A stretch of 64,000 bases of DNA from a virus (Duplodnaviria > Heunggongvirae > Uroviricota > Caudoviricetes > Crassvirales). Location of the stretch: positions 1 through 64,000 of the IMG/VR virus record IMGVR_UViG_3300017605_000245; one strand, written 5' to 3'. Shown here in pieces: positions 47,643-57,606 of this stretch (its first letter is position 1; each line of letters opens with the position of its first letter). Both the position numbers and the translations under genes were made by a program. A model generated the notes under the pieces. That model had not been told where the DNA came from, searched no databases, and saw only the letters and a program-made list of their open reading frames with translations.

Positions 47643-49355
47643 ATGAAAGAAAAAATTGTTGTTACAATAAATAATGAGAGTCTACCTCAATCACAATGTA
47701 GAAAATTTGACGCAGGTTGGTATAAAATTGGAGATATAAATGTTCAAAATTCAGGAGGATGTTACTTTATAGGAGACCAATTCTATAGAGAGGAAACAGG
47801 TAGAGTTGTTTTCGATTTAAGAAAAGGTAGTTATGTATTGAAAAATCAAGATGTTGTTGAAGGTATCATTACCTTTGACAACGCTGGTTACAATTTAGGA
47901 CATTTCACTTATTCTGATGCAGATATTGTAGTAAATACTGTTTCAGGTAATAAATATCCTCTTATTTCTGAAGAAATCATTCTTGATAATAAGAAATATA
48001 AAGAGAGATTATCTAATGGTGAATATTATGACATTGAGTTATTACCTTCATCTCAATTTAATAAGATAACTCCACCTACTAACGATTACAAAACAAGTTT
48101 ACCTTATGACTCAAAAGGTATTACTGACGTTTATTTAGATAAACATGTAAAATCAGATGTTAAAATTCACCCAAAAGTAGAAGATTATTCTAAAATCTTA
48201 GAAGGTCTTTCTTTCGGTCTTGAATTTGAAACTGTGGCAGGTGTGTTACCTACAAGAATTTTAGATAAAACAGCTTTAATTCCATTGAGAGATGGTTCTA
48301 TTGCAGGTATTGAATACGTTACAGTTCCTTTAGAGGGTGCGAAAGGTATTCAAACGTTATTGACAACTGTTGAAGAACTTAATAAAAGAACTAAGTTTGA
48401 TGACACTTGTTCAATGCATTTACATTTAGGTAACGTACCAAGAACTAAAGAATTTATTTTAGCATTTTTCAAATTAAGTTTGAAATTTCAGAATGATATC
48501 TTTGAAATGTTCCCATTATACAAAAAGTATAATTTTGGTGTAAAACGTAAAAACTATAGTAAACCTTACGATAGATATCAATTCTTATCTCAAATGGATA
48601 AGTCGATTAATTCTAATAATATTAACGATAATTTTGACGTACTATATTCGTATTTATCACAAGGAGAACCTTTTGGTGTGGTAAATAATGATTTGAAAAA
48701 CGTTGATAGTCATCCTGCAGATAGAAATGGTACTCAAAAATGGAATATCGCAAATCGTTACTATTTCCATAATTTCATTCCATTAATCTTTGGTAATAAA
48801 CAAACGATTGAGTTTAGAATTCATACCCCAACGTATGATGCTAATAAAATATTATTCTTCTTATATTTTAATTCAATCTTAGTTAATTTTACTAAGAAAT
48901 ATGAACGTGAAATTCTACAAGACCCATATTTTCTTTCTCAATTTAAAGGTTTAAAATCTCTAGTAATTTACTATATTGAAAACAACGTTAAATCTGTTAG
49001 TCGTATAAGATTTAGAGATTTTATTATAGATTCTATTGATAAAAGAAAAGGTGAAATTGCAAATCAATCTGCAAAAGGAGATATTGTAGGTAAAGAAAAT
49101 AATGTTAGATGTTCTACATATATCAATTGGAAGTCATATATGAAGATAACTGATTCTACAATAAGTGGTAACTTAATTCATTCACTTTCTGAATTAGATA
49201 TGTGTTATCAAGAAAGAAGACAACTTATCTTAGACACATATCATGCTAATAAAATCAGTCTTACTCAAGCTAGAGTTGAGAGTGATGCTTTAGAGAAAGA
49301 TTACAGAACAAGAAGAGATATTATTAGTAAAACTAACGAACCTGTAGAATGGTAG
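47643..49355 (+). CDS. Second GS/GCS2-like amidoligase candidate (large)
   Basis: GLEFETVAG (G-x-E-x-E) and SMHLHLG parallel the motifs of the 44884-45696 protein. 570 aa. Confidence 0.4.
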   Translation: MKEKIVVTINNESLPQSQCRKFDAGWYKIGDINVQNSGGCYFIGDQFYREETGRVVFDLRKGSYVLKNQDVVEGIITFDNAGYNLGHFTYSDADIVVNTVSGNKYPLISEEIILDNKKYKERLSNGEYYDIELLPSSQFNKITPPTNDYKTSLPYDSKGITDVYLDKHVKSDVKIHPKVEDYSKILEGLSFGLEFETVAGVLPTRILDKTALIPLRDGSIAGIEYVTVPLEGAKGIQTLLTTVEELNKRTKFDDTCSMHLHLGNVPRTKEFILAFFKLSLKFQNDIFEMFPLYKKYNFGVKRKNYSKPYDRYQFLSQMDKSINSNNINDNFDVLYSYLSQGEPFGVVNNDLKNVDSHPADRNGTQKWNIANRYYFHNFIPLIFGNKQTIEFRIHTPTYDANKILFFLYFNSILVNFTKKYEREILQDPYFLSQFKGLKSLVIYYIENNVKSVSRIRFRDFIIDSIDKRKGEIANQSAKGDIVGKENNVRCSTYINWKSYMKITDSTISGNLIHSLSELDMCYQERRQLILDTYHANKISLTQARVESDALEKDYRTRRDIISKTNEPVEW

Positions 49356-50053
49356 TACAACATTATATTAAAGAAACCCGTTATGGGTTACATGCAGATT
49401 ATTCTAAATTATTAGGACCAGATTGGTCAATCTTTTTGAAAGATATGTTAGAGTCGGACTATGCTTCATATTTAGCACATATGCTTGACCAGATTTACCT
49501 TTCAGGTGATAAAGTATATCCTACTAAAAAAGAAGATCTATTTAAGGCATTTACAGCTACCAATTTTGACGAGATTAAAGTCGTCATTATTGGTTCTGAG
49601 CCTAAAAATGAATTATCTAATGGTTTAGCCTTTGGTACATACGGTGCAGTAAAAGACCCCATTAAATGTCCTCATTTGAATTTAATTCAAGATAACTTAA
49701 AGTTTAATAAACTCGTATCTGAACATAGATTCTTTGACCGTTCAATGGTAAGTTGGACACAACAAGGTGTGATGATGTTAAATTCCTCATTGGTTGCAGA
49801 TAGTACACTTCCAAATAAATATTCTCTGTATTTCAGAAATTTTACAAGAGAAGTAATAAAAGCACTATCTGAAGAAAAAGCAGGAATTGTATTTGCTTTC
49901 ACAAGTACAGAATTATATAACTTGTATAAAGATAGTATTGATGACGCATATCATTATATCTTTCATTATCCAGTTGTAGACATGTCTTGTGATATCTTTG
50001 ATGATATTAATGAAAAATTAAAAGACACGCGTGAAATACCTATTATATGGTAA
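49349..50053 (+). CDS. Uracil-DNA glycosylase family-1 homolog with substituted catalytic residues
   Basis: [41 protein letters not shown] aligns with UNG [57 protein letters not shown] matches [23 protein letters not shown] aligns with HPSPLS. The water-activating GQDPYH is GSEPKN here (D to E, Y to K, H to N). Confidence 0.6.
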   Translation: [234 protein letters not shown]

Positions 50054-50523
50054 ATAAGGAACTCATTTTTATACCAGAAAATGTTCCAAGTTTAAAAAAC
50101 AGTAAAGTTAAAACCTCGAGAGGTATTTTCTCATCTACAACGGTGAAGAAGTACCTCTCTTCTTTAGGAATCCAAAGATATTCTACTAGACGTAAAGAAG
50201 TGATTGGTTATAAGACAAGACCTAATCACATCGAATCTTTACGTGGACAATTCGAAGAAGCTTTGAAGAATAAAGGAGAGCCTATACTATTATCGTTTCA
50301 TTTTGTAAGAAATACTAAAAGATTATTTGATTTTGGAAATGCTACTGAGTTAATCTTTGATTTACTTACCGCACATGACATTATTTCAGATGATAATATT
50401 AGTATTGTAATACCGTCAGTTATGACAATTGATGGTACATTACCTAATGAAGATAATATAAGACATCTACAATGGTATAGTGTAGATAAAGAAAAACCTG
50501 GAGTATTTCTTAAAATAAGTTAA
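50047..50523 (+). CDS. Hypothetical protein
   Basis: 158-aa ORF. Confidence 0.3.
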   Translation: MVNKELIFIPENVPSLKNSKVKTSRGIFSSTTVKKYLSSLGIQRYSTRRKEVIGYKTRPNHIESLRGQFEEALKNKGEPILLSFHFVRNTKRLFDFGNATELIFDLLTAHDIISDDNISIVIPSVMTIDGTLPNEDNIRHLQWYSVDKEKPGVFLKIS

Positions 50524-50542
50524 TACGATTATAAACAAAAAT

Positions 50543-50836
50543 ATGAAAAAAGAAACGTTACAAAAAATAATCTCTTTAGCTTCATTCGTATTTGAAGACA
50601 AAGATTATAATAAATTTGTAAAGTTAATCGTTAGCGATGAGTATACCTCCGCAAGGTTGATTTTAGAAGATAAAATGGAAGAATTTGATATAATTCTTTT
50701 ATTAGAAGAACAAGATGAAGTAATCTTATCTCAATACAAAATGACTAAAGAATTAGAGGACACTGTAATGAATCTAATTGAAGAGGAAAATAATGTCGAG
50801 AGAAAAGAAATTAGAGAATTTATTGAGCGATGTTGA
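50543..50836 (+). CDS. Hypothetical acidic protein
   Basis: 97-aa ORF. Confidence 0.3.
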   Translation: MKKETLQKIISLASFVFEDKDYNKFVKLIVSDEYTSARLILEDKMEEFDIILLLEEQDEVILSQYKMTKELEDTVMNLIEEENNVERKEIREFIERC

Positions 50837-51800
50837 GAACATAGACTTAACGTTAAGCTATAGTCGAGTATCTGACTTCGATAGGAACGGTCCAAAAGCC
50901 TTACTAGAGAAGTCTAGACTTGACAATCAAGGTGTTAAAATGGGTTCTATTATTGACGATATGTTGTTTAGTCCTGACGACTTTAAGACTAGATACTACA
51001 TATCTGAATTTAATGAACCAACTGCAACATTAGGTACATTGGCTGAGATAATCATTAAAAATTATGAAGAAATCCCAGATGTACCTGAAATATTAAATAT
51101 TATTTCAAGAAGCGGACTATGGAAATCCGTGAAAAACCAAGATTTACTTATTAAGAATTTCAATACTCCTGAATTCTGGGGATATTTGACAGATATTTTT
51201 AATAGTAGAAATAAAATTTTAATTACTAATGAGGAAAAGAGCAAGGCGGAAGAAATTACCACAGTACTTGTAAATCATCCATTTAGTAAACATATCTTTA
51301 GTGCTGATTTAGAACATATTTATCAACATAAATTTGAAACTCAAATTGGGCAGTTTAAATTTAGAGGAATAATAGATATTGTATCAATTGACCACAAAAA
51401 GAAAAAGGTTTATTTTATAGATTTGAAAACTGGTGCAGGTTCAGCAAATGAATTTACATCAAGTTTTGTTAAATTTAGATATTATCTTCAAGAAGCAGTT
51501 TATCAATTAGCTTTTGAACAAGTATGTAAAGATTTAGAATTGACGGGCTATGAACAAGCTCCTTTCGAATTCTTATACATTGGTTTAAAAGAACGAATTC
51601 CTGTGAGGTTTGTCATAACTCAGAAGTGGCACGATAGTGCTTTAAATGGCTTTAAAACAACCTCAGGTTATGAATATAAAGGATTGTACCAACTAGTAGA
51701 TGAAATATATTTTCATTGGAGAAACAAAGTGTACGATTTACCTAAAAATATTTATGATGGGAACGGAATAATTGAAATTGAAGATAATTTTATAAATTAA
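50778..51800 (+). CDS. PD-(D/E)xK nuclease (RecB/Cas4-like exonuclease)
   Basis: GIIDIVSIDHKKKKVYFIDLKTGAGS ... YYLQEAVYQLAF matches the D...(E/I)DLKTG...QxxxY signature of RecB-family nucleases. The true start may be the internal Met at 50793. Confidence 0.55.
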   Translation: MKRKIMSREKKLENLLSDVENIDLTLSYSRVSDFDRNGPKALLEKSRLDNQGVKMGSIIDDMLFSPDDFKTRYYISEFNEPTATLGTLAEIIIKNYEEIPDVPEILNIISRSGLWKSVKNQDLLIKNFNTPEFWGYLTDIFNSRNKILITNEEKSKAEEITTVLVNHPFSKHIFSADLEHIYQHKFETQIGQFKFRGIIDIVSIDHKKKKVYFIDLKTGAGSANEFTSSFVKFRYYLQEAVYQLAFEQVCKDLELTGYEQAPFEFLYIGLKERIPVRFVITQKWHDSALNGFKTTSGYEYKGLYQLVDEIYFHWRNKVYDLPKNIYDGNGIIEIEDNFIN

Positions 51801-51803
51801 TAG

Positions 51804-52325
51804 ATGTATAATAAATCCAAAACATATTTATTACCACTTGTATCTGAATTAATACATTTTGAAAAGGACTTTATTAAGTACATACATAATACATTTATGT
51901 ATATTCAAAATGATAACACACCATATATCTGTTTATTACACGATTTCTCATTTAGGAATCCTGAGTTTACAGCATATGAACATCGCTTAACATCTAATGA
52001 TTTATTTGTTAAGCATATTGATTTAGACAATCAAGTACTATATGTATTTGAATTTCCAAAAGATTATATTCAGGAATACTACTCGTTAGCTGATTCTAAA
52101 TATTCAGAATTTGGTAACGATGCTAAAGAACTAATATTAAAATTTTGGTCAGATATATATAAGGGTAATCCCGAAGCAATTCCTGTTTTGGTTGGAATCA
52201 AGCAAATCTTGTATAAAGATAACAAATTAAGAGAAAAATTACAAAGAGAGTTAAAGGTTGAAATTGATGAAAATCAAGAGTTAGGTGAAAATGTAGATGT
52301 AGAAAAAGAAACTTTTAAAATGTAA
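51804..52325 (+). CDS. Hypothetical protein
   Basis: 173-aa ORF. Confidence 0.3.
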   Translation: MYNKSKTYLLPLVSELIHFEKDFIKYIHNTFMYIQNDNTPYICLLHDFSFRNPEFTAYEHRLTSNDLFVKHIDLDNQVLYVFEFPKDYIQEYYSLADSKYSEFGNDAKELILKFWSDIYKGNPEAIPVLVGIKQILYKDNKLREKLQRELKVEIDENQELGENVDVEKETFKM

Positions 52326-52335
52326 TTTTTAATTA

Positions 52336-54264
52336 ATGAATTTAAATAAATCAAAATTAAACGATATTAAAACTCCATGGGGAGAAATTGGTTATCCTGT
52401 ATTCAAAAGAACTTACGCAAGACGACTTCAAGAAGATAAAATAGACTCACCAACTGAAGAATTTGTAGATACTGTCACTCGAATTGTAGAAGCATCCAAT
52501 ATTCAGTTAAATGTAGGTTTTACTGAAGCAGAACAATATAGACTTGCCGAAATATTATTATCCTTAAAAGGTTCTGTTGCAGGAAGATTTTGGTGGCAAT
52601 TAGGTACACATACTGTAGATAAATTAGGATTATTGTCTTTACAGAATTGTGCATTTACCATTGTAAACGACCCAGTAAAACCTTTTACTTGGGCATTTGA
52701 TGCTCTAATGCTTGGATCTGGTGTAGGTTTTAATATTCAAAGACACAACGTTTATGAATTACCTCGAGTACAAGATAAAATTACAATCACAAGAGTAGAT
52801 AGTAAAGATGCTGATTTTATTGTACCTGATTCAAGAGAAGGGTGGGTTAAACTTTTAGCAAAAGTACTGAAAGCTCATTTTTATGGTAAAGAAGGTTTCA
52901 CTTATTCCACAATTAATATTAGAGGTAAAGGTGCACCGATTAAAAGTTTTGGTGGAACAGCATCTGGTCCAGAAGAATTATGTGCGGGTATTGCAGAAAT
53001 TCATAATTTATTAAACAAACGAGCAGGCAAAAAGGTTCGACCTATTGATTGTTTAGATATTATGAACATTATTGGACAAATTGTTGTATCTGGAAATGTG
53101 AGAAGAAGTGCTCAGATAGCAATTGGTGACCCTGATGACGTTGATTACTTAACTGCGAAGAGATGGGATTTAGGTACAATTCCTAATTGGAGAAATAATT
53201 CAAATAATTCTGTTGCTGTAAGTAATTTAAATGATTTACATCCTTTATTTTGGGAGACCTATAATCAAGGTGAACCATATGGAATGATAAATTTACATTC
53301 GTCACGAAAATACGGATTATTAGGTGATACTAGATATCCTGACCCTAGAGTAGAAGGCTATAATCCTTGTGCAGAACAATCGTTAGAAGACAAAGAAACA
53401 TGTTGTTTAGCTGAAGTATTTTTACCGAATATTAATTCTGCCGCAGAATTATTAGAAGTTTGTCAATATCTTTACAGAATAAATAAACATAGTCTCTCTT
53501 TACCTTGTCATTTAAAAGATACTGAAAAAATTGTAAATAAGAATATGCGAATGGGTATCGGTATTACGGGTACTTTTCAAGCCACGGAAGAACAGAGAAG
53601 TTGGTTGAGAGATTGTTATGAAAAACTTAGAGAATATGATAAGTATTATTCTAAAAAGAATGGTTTTCCAGAATCAATAAAATTAACAACATCTAAACCA
53701 AGTGGTACTTTAAGTTTACTGGCAGGTGTCACACCTGGCGCAAATGTAAATCCTGCAGGACCATTCTACTTACGAAGAGTTCGTATGGCAGTAGATAGTC
53801 CTTTATTGGTACAATGTGAAAAGAATGGATATCCTATTGAATGGCGTAGAAATTTTGATAAAAGTATTGACCATACTACAAAGGTAGTAACATTCCCTTG
53901 TTCTGTGCCCGAACATACTCCAATTGCCGCCACTACTACCGCAATTCAACAACTTGAATTTATTAAATGGGTTCAAGAGAATTGGTCAGATAATGCTGTT
54001 TCTGTGACTGTTACTTATAAGATGGATGAATTGGAAGGTATTAAAAAATGGTTAGCTGAGAATTATACTGAAAATGTAAAATCAGTATCTTTCTTACTGT
54101 ACGCTGGACACGGTTTTGACCAAGCTCCATACGAAACTATTAGTGAAGAAGAATATTTGGAATTAGTATCTAAAGTCACACCTATTACATATTTAGAAGT
54201 AATAGATGAATCCTCTATGGATGGAATGGATGAATGTAGTTCTGGAGCATGTCCTATAAAATAA
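52336..54264 (+). CDS. Ribonucleotide reductase, probably class II (NrdJ-like, monomeric)
   Basis: VFKRTYARR (RNR N-terminal Y.RTY.R). Active-site block NPCAEQSL...ETCCLAEVFL (RNR NPCGE...C.L.S.NL). C-terminal Cys pair CSSGACPIK. No NrdB-like gene nearby. Confidence 0.6.
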   Translation: MNLNKSKLNDIKTPWGEIGYPVFKRTYARRLQEDKIDSPTEEFVDTVTRIVEASNIQLNVGFTEAEQYRLAEILLSLKGSVAGRFWWQLGTHTVDKLGLLSLQNCAFTIVNDPVKPFTWAFDALMLGSGVGFNIQRHNVYELPRVQDKITITRVDSKDADFIVPDSREGWVKLLAKVLKAHFYGKEGFTYSTINIRGKGAPIKSFGGTASGPEELCAGIAEIHNLLNKRAGKKVRPIDCLDIMNIIGQIVVSGNVRRSAQIAIGDPDDVDYLTAKRWDLGTIPNWRNNSNNSVAVSNLNDLHPLFWETYNQGEPYGMINLHSSRKYGLLGDTRYPDPRVEGYNPCAEQSLEDKETCCLAEVFLPNINSAAELLEVCQYLYRINKHSLSLPCHLKDTEKIVNKNMRMGIGITGTFQATEEQRSWLRDCYEKLREYDKYYSKKNGFPESIKLTTSKPSGTLSLLAGVTPGANVNPAGPFYLRRVRMAVDSPLLVQCEKNGYPIEWRRNFDKSIDHTTKVVTFPCSVPEHTPIAATTTAIQQLEFIKWVQENWSDNAVSVTVTYKMDELEGIKKWLAENYTENVKSVSFLLYAGHGFDQAPYETISEEEYLELVSKVTPITYLEVIDESSMDGMDECSSGACPIK

Positions 54265-54325
54265 TTTACTTTTTGTTAGGTGGTCTCATATATTTTTTGT
54301 ATATTTGTAAAAATACAGCAAAAAT

Positions 54326-54832
54326 ATGTTAGATAAATTAAATGCAAAACTTGTAGAAACAAGATCTAGTAAATCAGGTAGCACTTACAAAGTGTTTACA
54401 TTTGAATGTGAAAATTGCGGATACGATATTAAAAGTCAATTATCTCAATTAAAAACTCATTCAGGTAAATGTCGAAAATGTGCTCAAAGAAAAAGACCTT
54501 ATGAACACATTTTAAATGAATTAATTCATACTTGTAATAGAAAAAACAGTCATGATGTCACAATTGAATATGATGATTTTATAGACTTAATAAAAGAATC
54601 TAAGTGTCACTATTGTGATAAAGAACTTGTTTTTAATCCCCATACAAGAGATGAGAATTCAAATTATGTTTCAAGAGCTTACCAGTTAGATCGAAAAGAT
54701 AACAGTTTAGGATATGTAAAAGAAAATTTAGTAACTTGTTGTTGGAATTGTAATAGAATGAAATCAGATATTTATACATATGAAGAATTTTCACTATTAA
54801 GTCCAATACTAAAACAAATACACAATAAGTGA
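54326..54832 (+). CDS. HNH endonuclease
   Basis: CHYCDKEL...AYQLDRKDNSLGYVKENLVTCCWNCNRMK (HNH C..C...H/R...D..N...N...C..CN..K). N-terminal zinc-ribbon CENCG...CRKC. Confidence 0.5.
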   Translation: MLDKLNAKLVETRSSKSGSTYKVFTFECENCGYDIKSQLSQLKTHSGKCRKCAQRKRPYEHILNELIHTCNRKNSHDVTIEYDDFIDLIKESKCHYCDKELVFNPHTRDENSNYVSRAYQLDRKDNSLGYVKENLVTCCWNCNRMKSDIYTYEEFSLLSPILKQIHNK

Positions 54833-54897
54833 TTTACAAATATTTAGGAATACCGTGTTGGGTATATAGTTTATATCTGACAGAGAATTAATAAATT

Positions 54898-55113
54898 ATG
54901 AAAAAATTTCTAATTAAAATAACAAATGTTACTACAACAACAGGTGGTGGTAAACGAAAACCTTTACGGTGGAGACAAAATCAAAATATAACTAAATATA
55001 CAACAGATTTAGAATATTATCAAAAAGATTTTGCAAGTTTTTATTATTGTGGGAGACCTTATTTTAAAACTACAACCTCTAAAGTTGTTATTTTAAAAGA
55101 GATTTCTTTATAA
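54898..55113 (+). CDS. Hypothetical protein
   Basis: 71-aa ORF. Confidence 0.25.
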   Translation: MKKFLIKITNVTTTTGGGKRKPLRWRQNQNITKYTTDLEYYQKDFASFYYCGRPYFKTTTSKVVILKEISL

Positions 55114-55216
55114 CAATTAATAATAAGCTGAAAAAGGGTTTGTAGTAGGCAAAAGAATCTCTCCCAGAAACCCTGAAATACCCATTAAGATCGACTGTAG
55201 GAGAGATTTTATTTAT

Positions 55217-56413
55217 ATGGATAGACATGAAATTCAACAAAAAGCTGTTGAAGAATGGTTAGGTAGTAACAAAATAGGTACATTAGCTGTCAGTACTGGC
55301 GTTGGTAAAACTTTTATGTCACTACATTGTCTTCACACAATGCCTAAAAATGATGGTAAGGTTCACCTCTTTTTAGCAGAACAAGTAGATAGAAAGCAAG
55401 ACCTAGAATCAGATATTGAGAAGTTTGATAAACTATTTAATACTAGAACTTTAAGAGACTACATTTTAAAATTTAAAACCTACCAAGCTGTTTATAAAGC
55501 AAAAGAATATGAATTTGGTTTAGTAATAGCGGATGAATTACACAATGCTTTAAGTCCTGAATATTCAAAATTCTTTTATAATAATAAATATGATGCTATT
55601 GTAGGTTTATCTGCCACTATTGACCGTAAAACAAGTTATGAGATTGATGGTCAAATAGTAACTAAAGGTAAAATGTTAGACGAAATAGCACCAATATGTT
55701 TTACATATACATTAGCTGAGGCTAAAAATGATGGTGTTGGACGTAATCTAAACGTTTACGTGATTTATCAAGAGTTAAATTCTGTTAATAAAACAGTTAG
55801 TGCAGGTAATGCAACTAAGAAATTCTTTCAGACTGAACTTGAAGCTTATTCTTATTGGGATAAGGAACATAAGAAGTCGTGGTTTCTATTAGATCCTGCA
55901 ATGAAAGATTTAAAAATTAGAATTACATCTACTAAAAGGAGTAATATCTTATTTAATTTACCTTCTAAAATTGAAACTGTTAAAAAGTTAGTAGATTATA
56001 TTGAAGGTAAAACTATACTATTTGGTAATAGTTTAGATAGTTTATTAAAAGTTACACCAAATGTTGTATCTTCTAGATATTCCGAAGATAAAAATAAGGA
56101 AATCAGAGATAATTTTGACAATGATAAAATTAGTTTAATTGGGTCATTTAAGAAATTAAGACAAGGTGCTAACTTAAAAGGTTTAGACAACTGTATTGTA
56201 ATGTCATATTATTCATCAGAAGGACATCAAATTCAACAATGGGGAAGACTTCGTAGAAATGGAGACAAAGTAGGTAATGTCTTTATTCTTCTTACAAAGA
56301 ACACTCAGGAAGAAATTTGGTATTCTAAAATGATGGAAAATATGCAAGATTTTAATATAATCTATTGTGATTCAGTTGATGATTGTATAACAAAATATAA
56401 AAATAATAAATGA
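55217..56413 (+). CDS. Superfamily II (DEAD/DEAH-like) helicase
   Basis: Walker A STGVGKTF. Motif II VIADELHN. Motif III GLSATI. C-terminal helicase-domain-like region (QWGRLRR). Confidence 0.6.
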   Translation: MDRHEIQQKAVEEWLGSNKIGTLAVSTGVGKTFMSLHCLHTMPKNDGKVHLFLAEQVDRKQDLESDIEKFDKLFNTRTLRDYILKFKTYQAVYKAKEYEFGLVIADELHNALSPEYSKFFYNNKYDAIVGLSATIDRKTSYEIDGQIVTKGKMLDEIAPICFTYTLAEAKNDGVGRNLNVYVIYQELNSVNKTVSAGNATKKFFQTELEAYSYWDKEHKKSWFLLDPAMKDLKIRITSTKRSNILFNLPSKIETVKKLVDYIEGKTILFGNSLDSLLKVTPNVVSSRYSEDKNKEIRDNFDNDKISLIGSFKKLRQGANLKGLDNCIVMSYYSSEGHQIQQWGRLRRNGDKVGNVFILLTKNTQEEIWYSKMMENMQDFNIIYCDSVDDCITKYKNNK

Positions 56414-56838
56414 TAAAAGAATATACTATTGGAGATGTTATTACACGAGCACCAGGAAAATACGACAGACAATTCGCTAGTTGGCATAAAACTTTAATAT
56501 ATACACTTCCAGGTACTGATGCTAAAATACAGATTTCGGATATGTTTGGAGGATGTGGTATGCAGCAAATACATAATTGGAGTGGTAGTCAAGATATAAA
56601 AGGTATTGAATTATGTTTATCTAAATTATTATTAGAATTAGATAAAGAAACTCTAGGTTGGAAACCAGGATTAATTATGTGTCAAATTGGGAATAGCTAT
56701 TACAATTCTCGATTAGAAAAAGCTTTAATTAATGAAGGCTTTGAATTACAGATTGAATATGATAATTTAGCACATATGGACGGAGACACTCAACGAATTT
56801 ATTTTTTAAAACGTGAAAGACAAACTGACAGTGAATAA
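56410..56838 (+). CDS. Hypothetical protein
   Basis: 142-aa ORF. Confidence 0.3.
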   Translation: MIKEYTIGDVITRAPGKYDRQFASWHKTLIYTLPGTDAKIQISDMFGGCGMQQIHNWSGSQDIKGIELCLSKLLLELDKETLGWKPGLIMCQIGNSYYNSRLEKALINEGFELQIEYDNLAHMDGDTQRIYFLKRERQTDSE

Positions 56839-57109
56839 TTTAACTGAATATTTAGTTAAAACAAACGAAAGACGTTACAATATACTTAAAGCGATTGAAG
56901 AGGCACAAGAGTTAGCACTCATACTTACACAATCTTTATCTAAAGGTGTACCTGAAGAAAAGATTACTGAAGAAATAGGTGACTTAAAATTTAGATTAGG
57001 TGTAATTGAAAGTTATTATAGTAAGAGAGCTGTTAGACAGAGAATCTTATATAAGAAAAGTAAATGTGTTAAATATATTGGACAAGGTCGATATAAAAAT
57101 AATGTGTAA
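56813..57109 (+). CDS. Hypothetical protein
   Basis: 98-aa ORF. Confidence 0.3.
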   Translation: MKDKLTVNNLTEYLVKTNERRYNILKAIEEAQELALILTQSLSKGVPEEKITEEIGDLKFRLGVIESYYSKRAVRQRILYKKSKCVKYIGQGRYKNNV

Positions 57110-57606
57110 TGAGTCAAGTTAGATATATTTCAGATACTCATTTTGGTCATTTAAATATGGCTTTAAGAAGAGGGTTTAAGACCGTTGAAGAACACGACGA
57201 ACATCTTGTATCTGAATGGAATAAAGTAGTATCTAAAAAGGATGTAACATGGATTCTTGGAGATATTACTATGGAAAAAGGTAATTATGAAATACTTGAT
57301 AAACTTAACGGAATTAAAAAAGTTATATTAGGTAATCATGATGAACCTCAACACGTTCCTAAATTATTGGAATATGTAAATAAAGTTTGTGCTGTACAGT
57401 ATGTTAAATCTAAAGAATTTGGAAACTTAATTTTTAGTCATATACCTATACATCCACAAGAATTAGAATATAGATTTAATATTAATATTCATGGACATGT
57501 ACATGAAAATACTTTACCAGATAAACGTTATATTAATGTATCTGCAGAAGTTATTAATTATCAACCACAATTATTAAAACAATTAATATTCAATGACAGA
57601 AACTAG
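57109..57606 (+). CDS. Metallophosphoesterase (calcineurin-like)
   Basis: SDTHFGH, ILGDIT, LGNHDE, IHGHVHE: the metallophosphoesterase motif series. Confidence 0.6.
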   Translation: MSQVRYISDTHFGHLNMALRRGFKTVEEHDEHLVSEWNKVVSKKDVTWILGDITMEKGNYEILDKLNGIKKVILGNHDEPQHVPKLLEYVNKVCAVQYVKSKEFGNLIFSHIPIHPQELEYRFNINIHGHVHENTLPDKRYINVSAEVINYQPQLLKQLIFNDRN

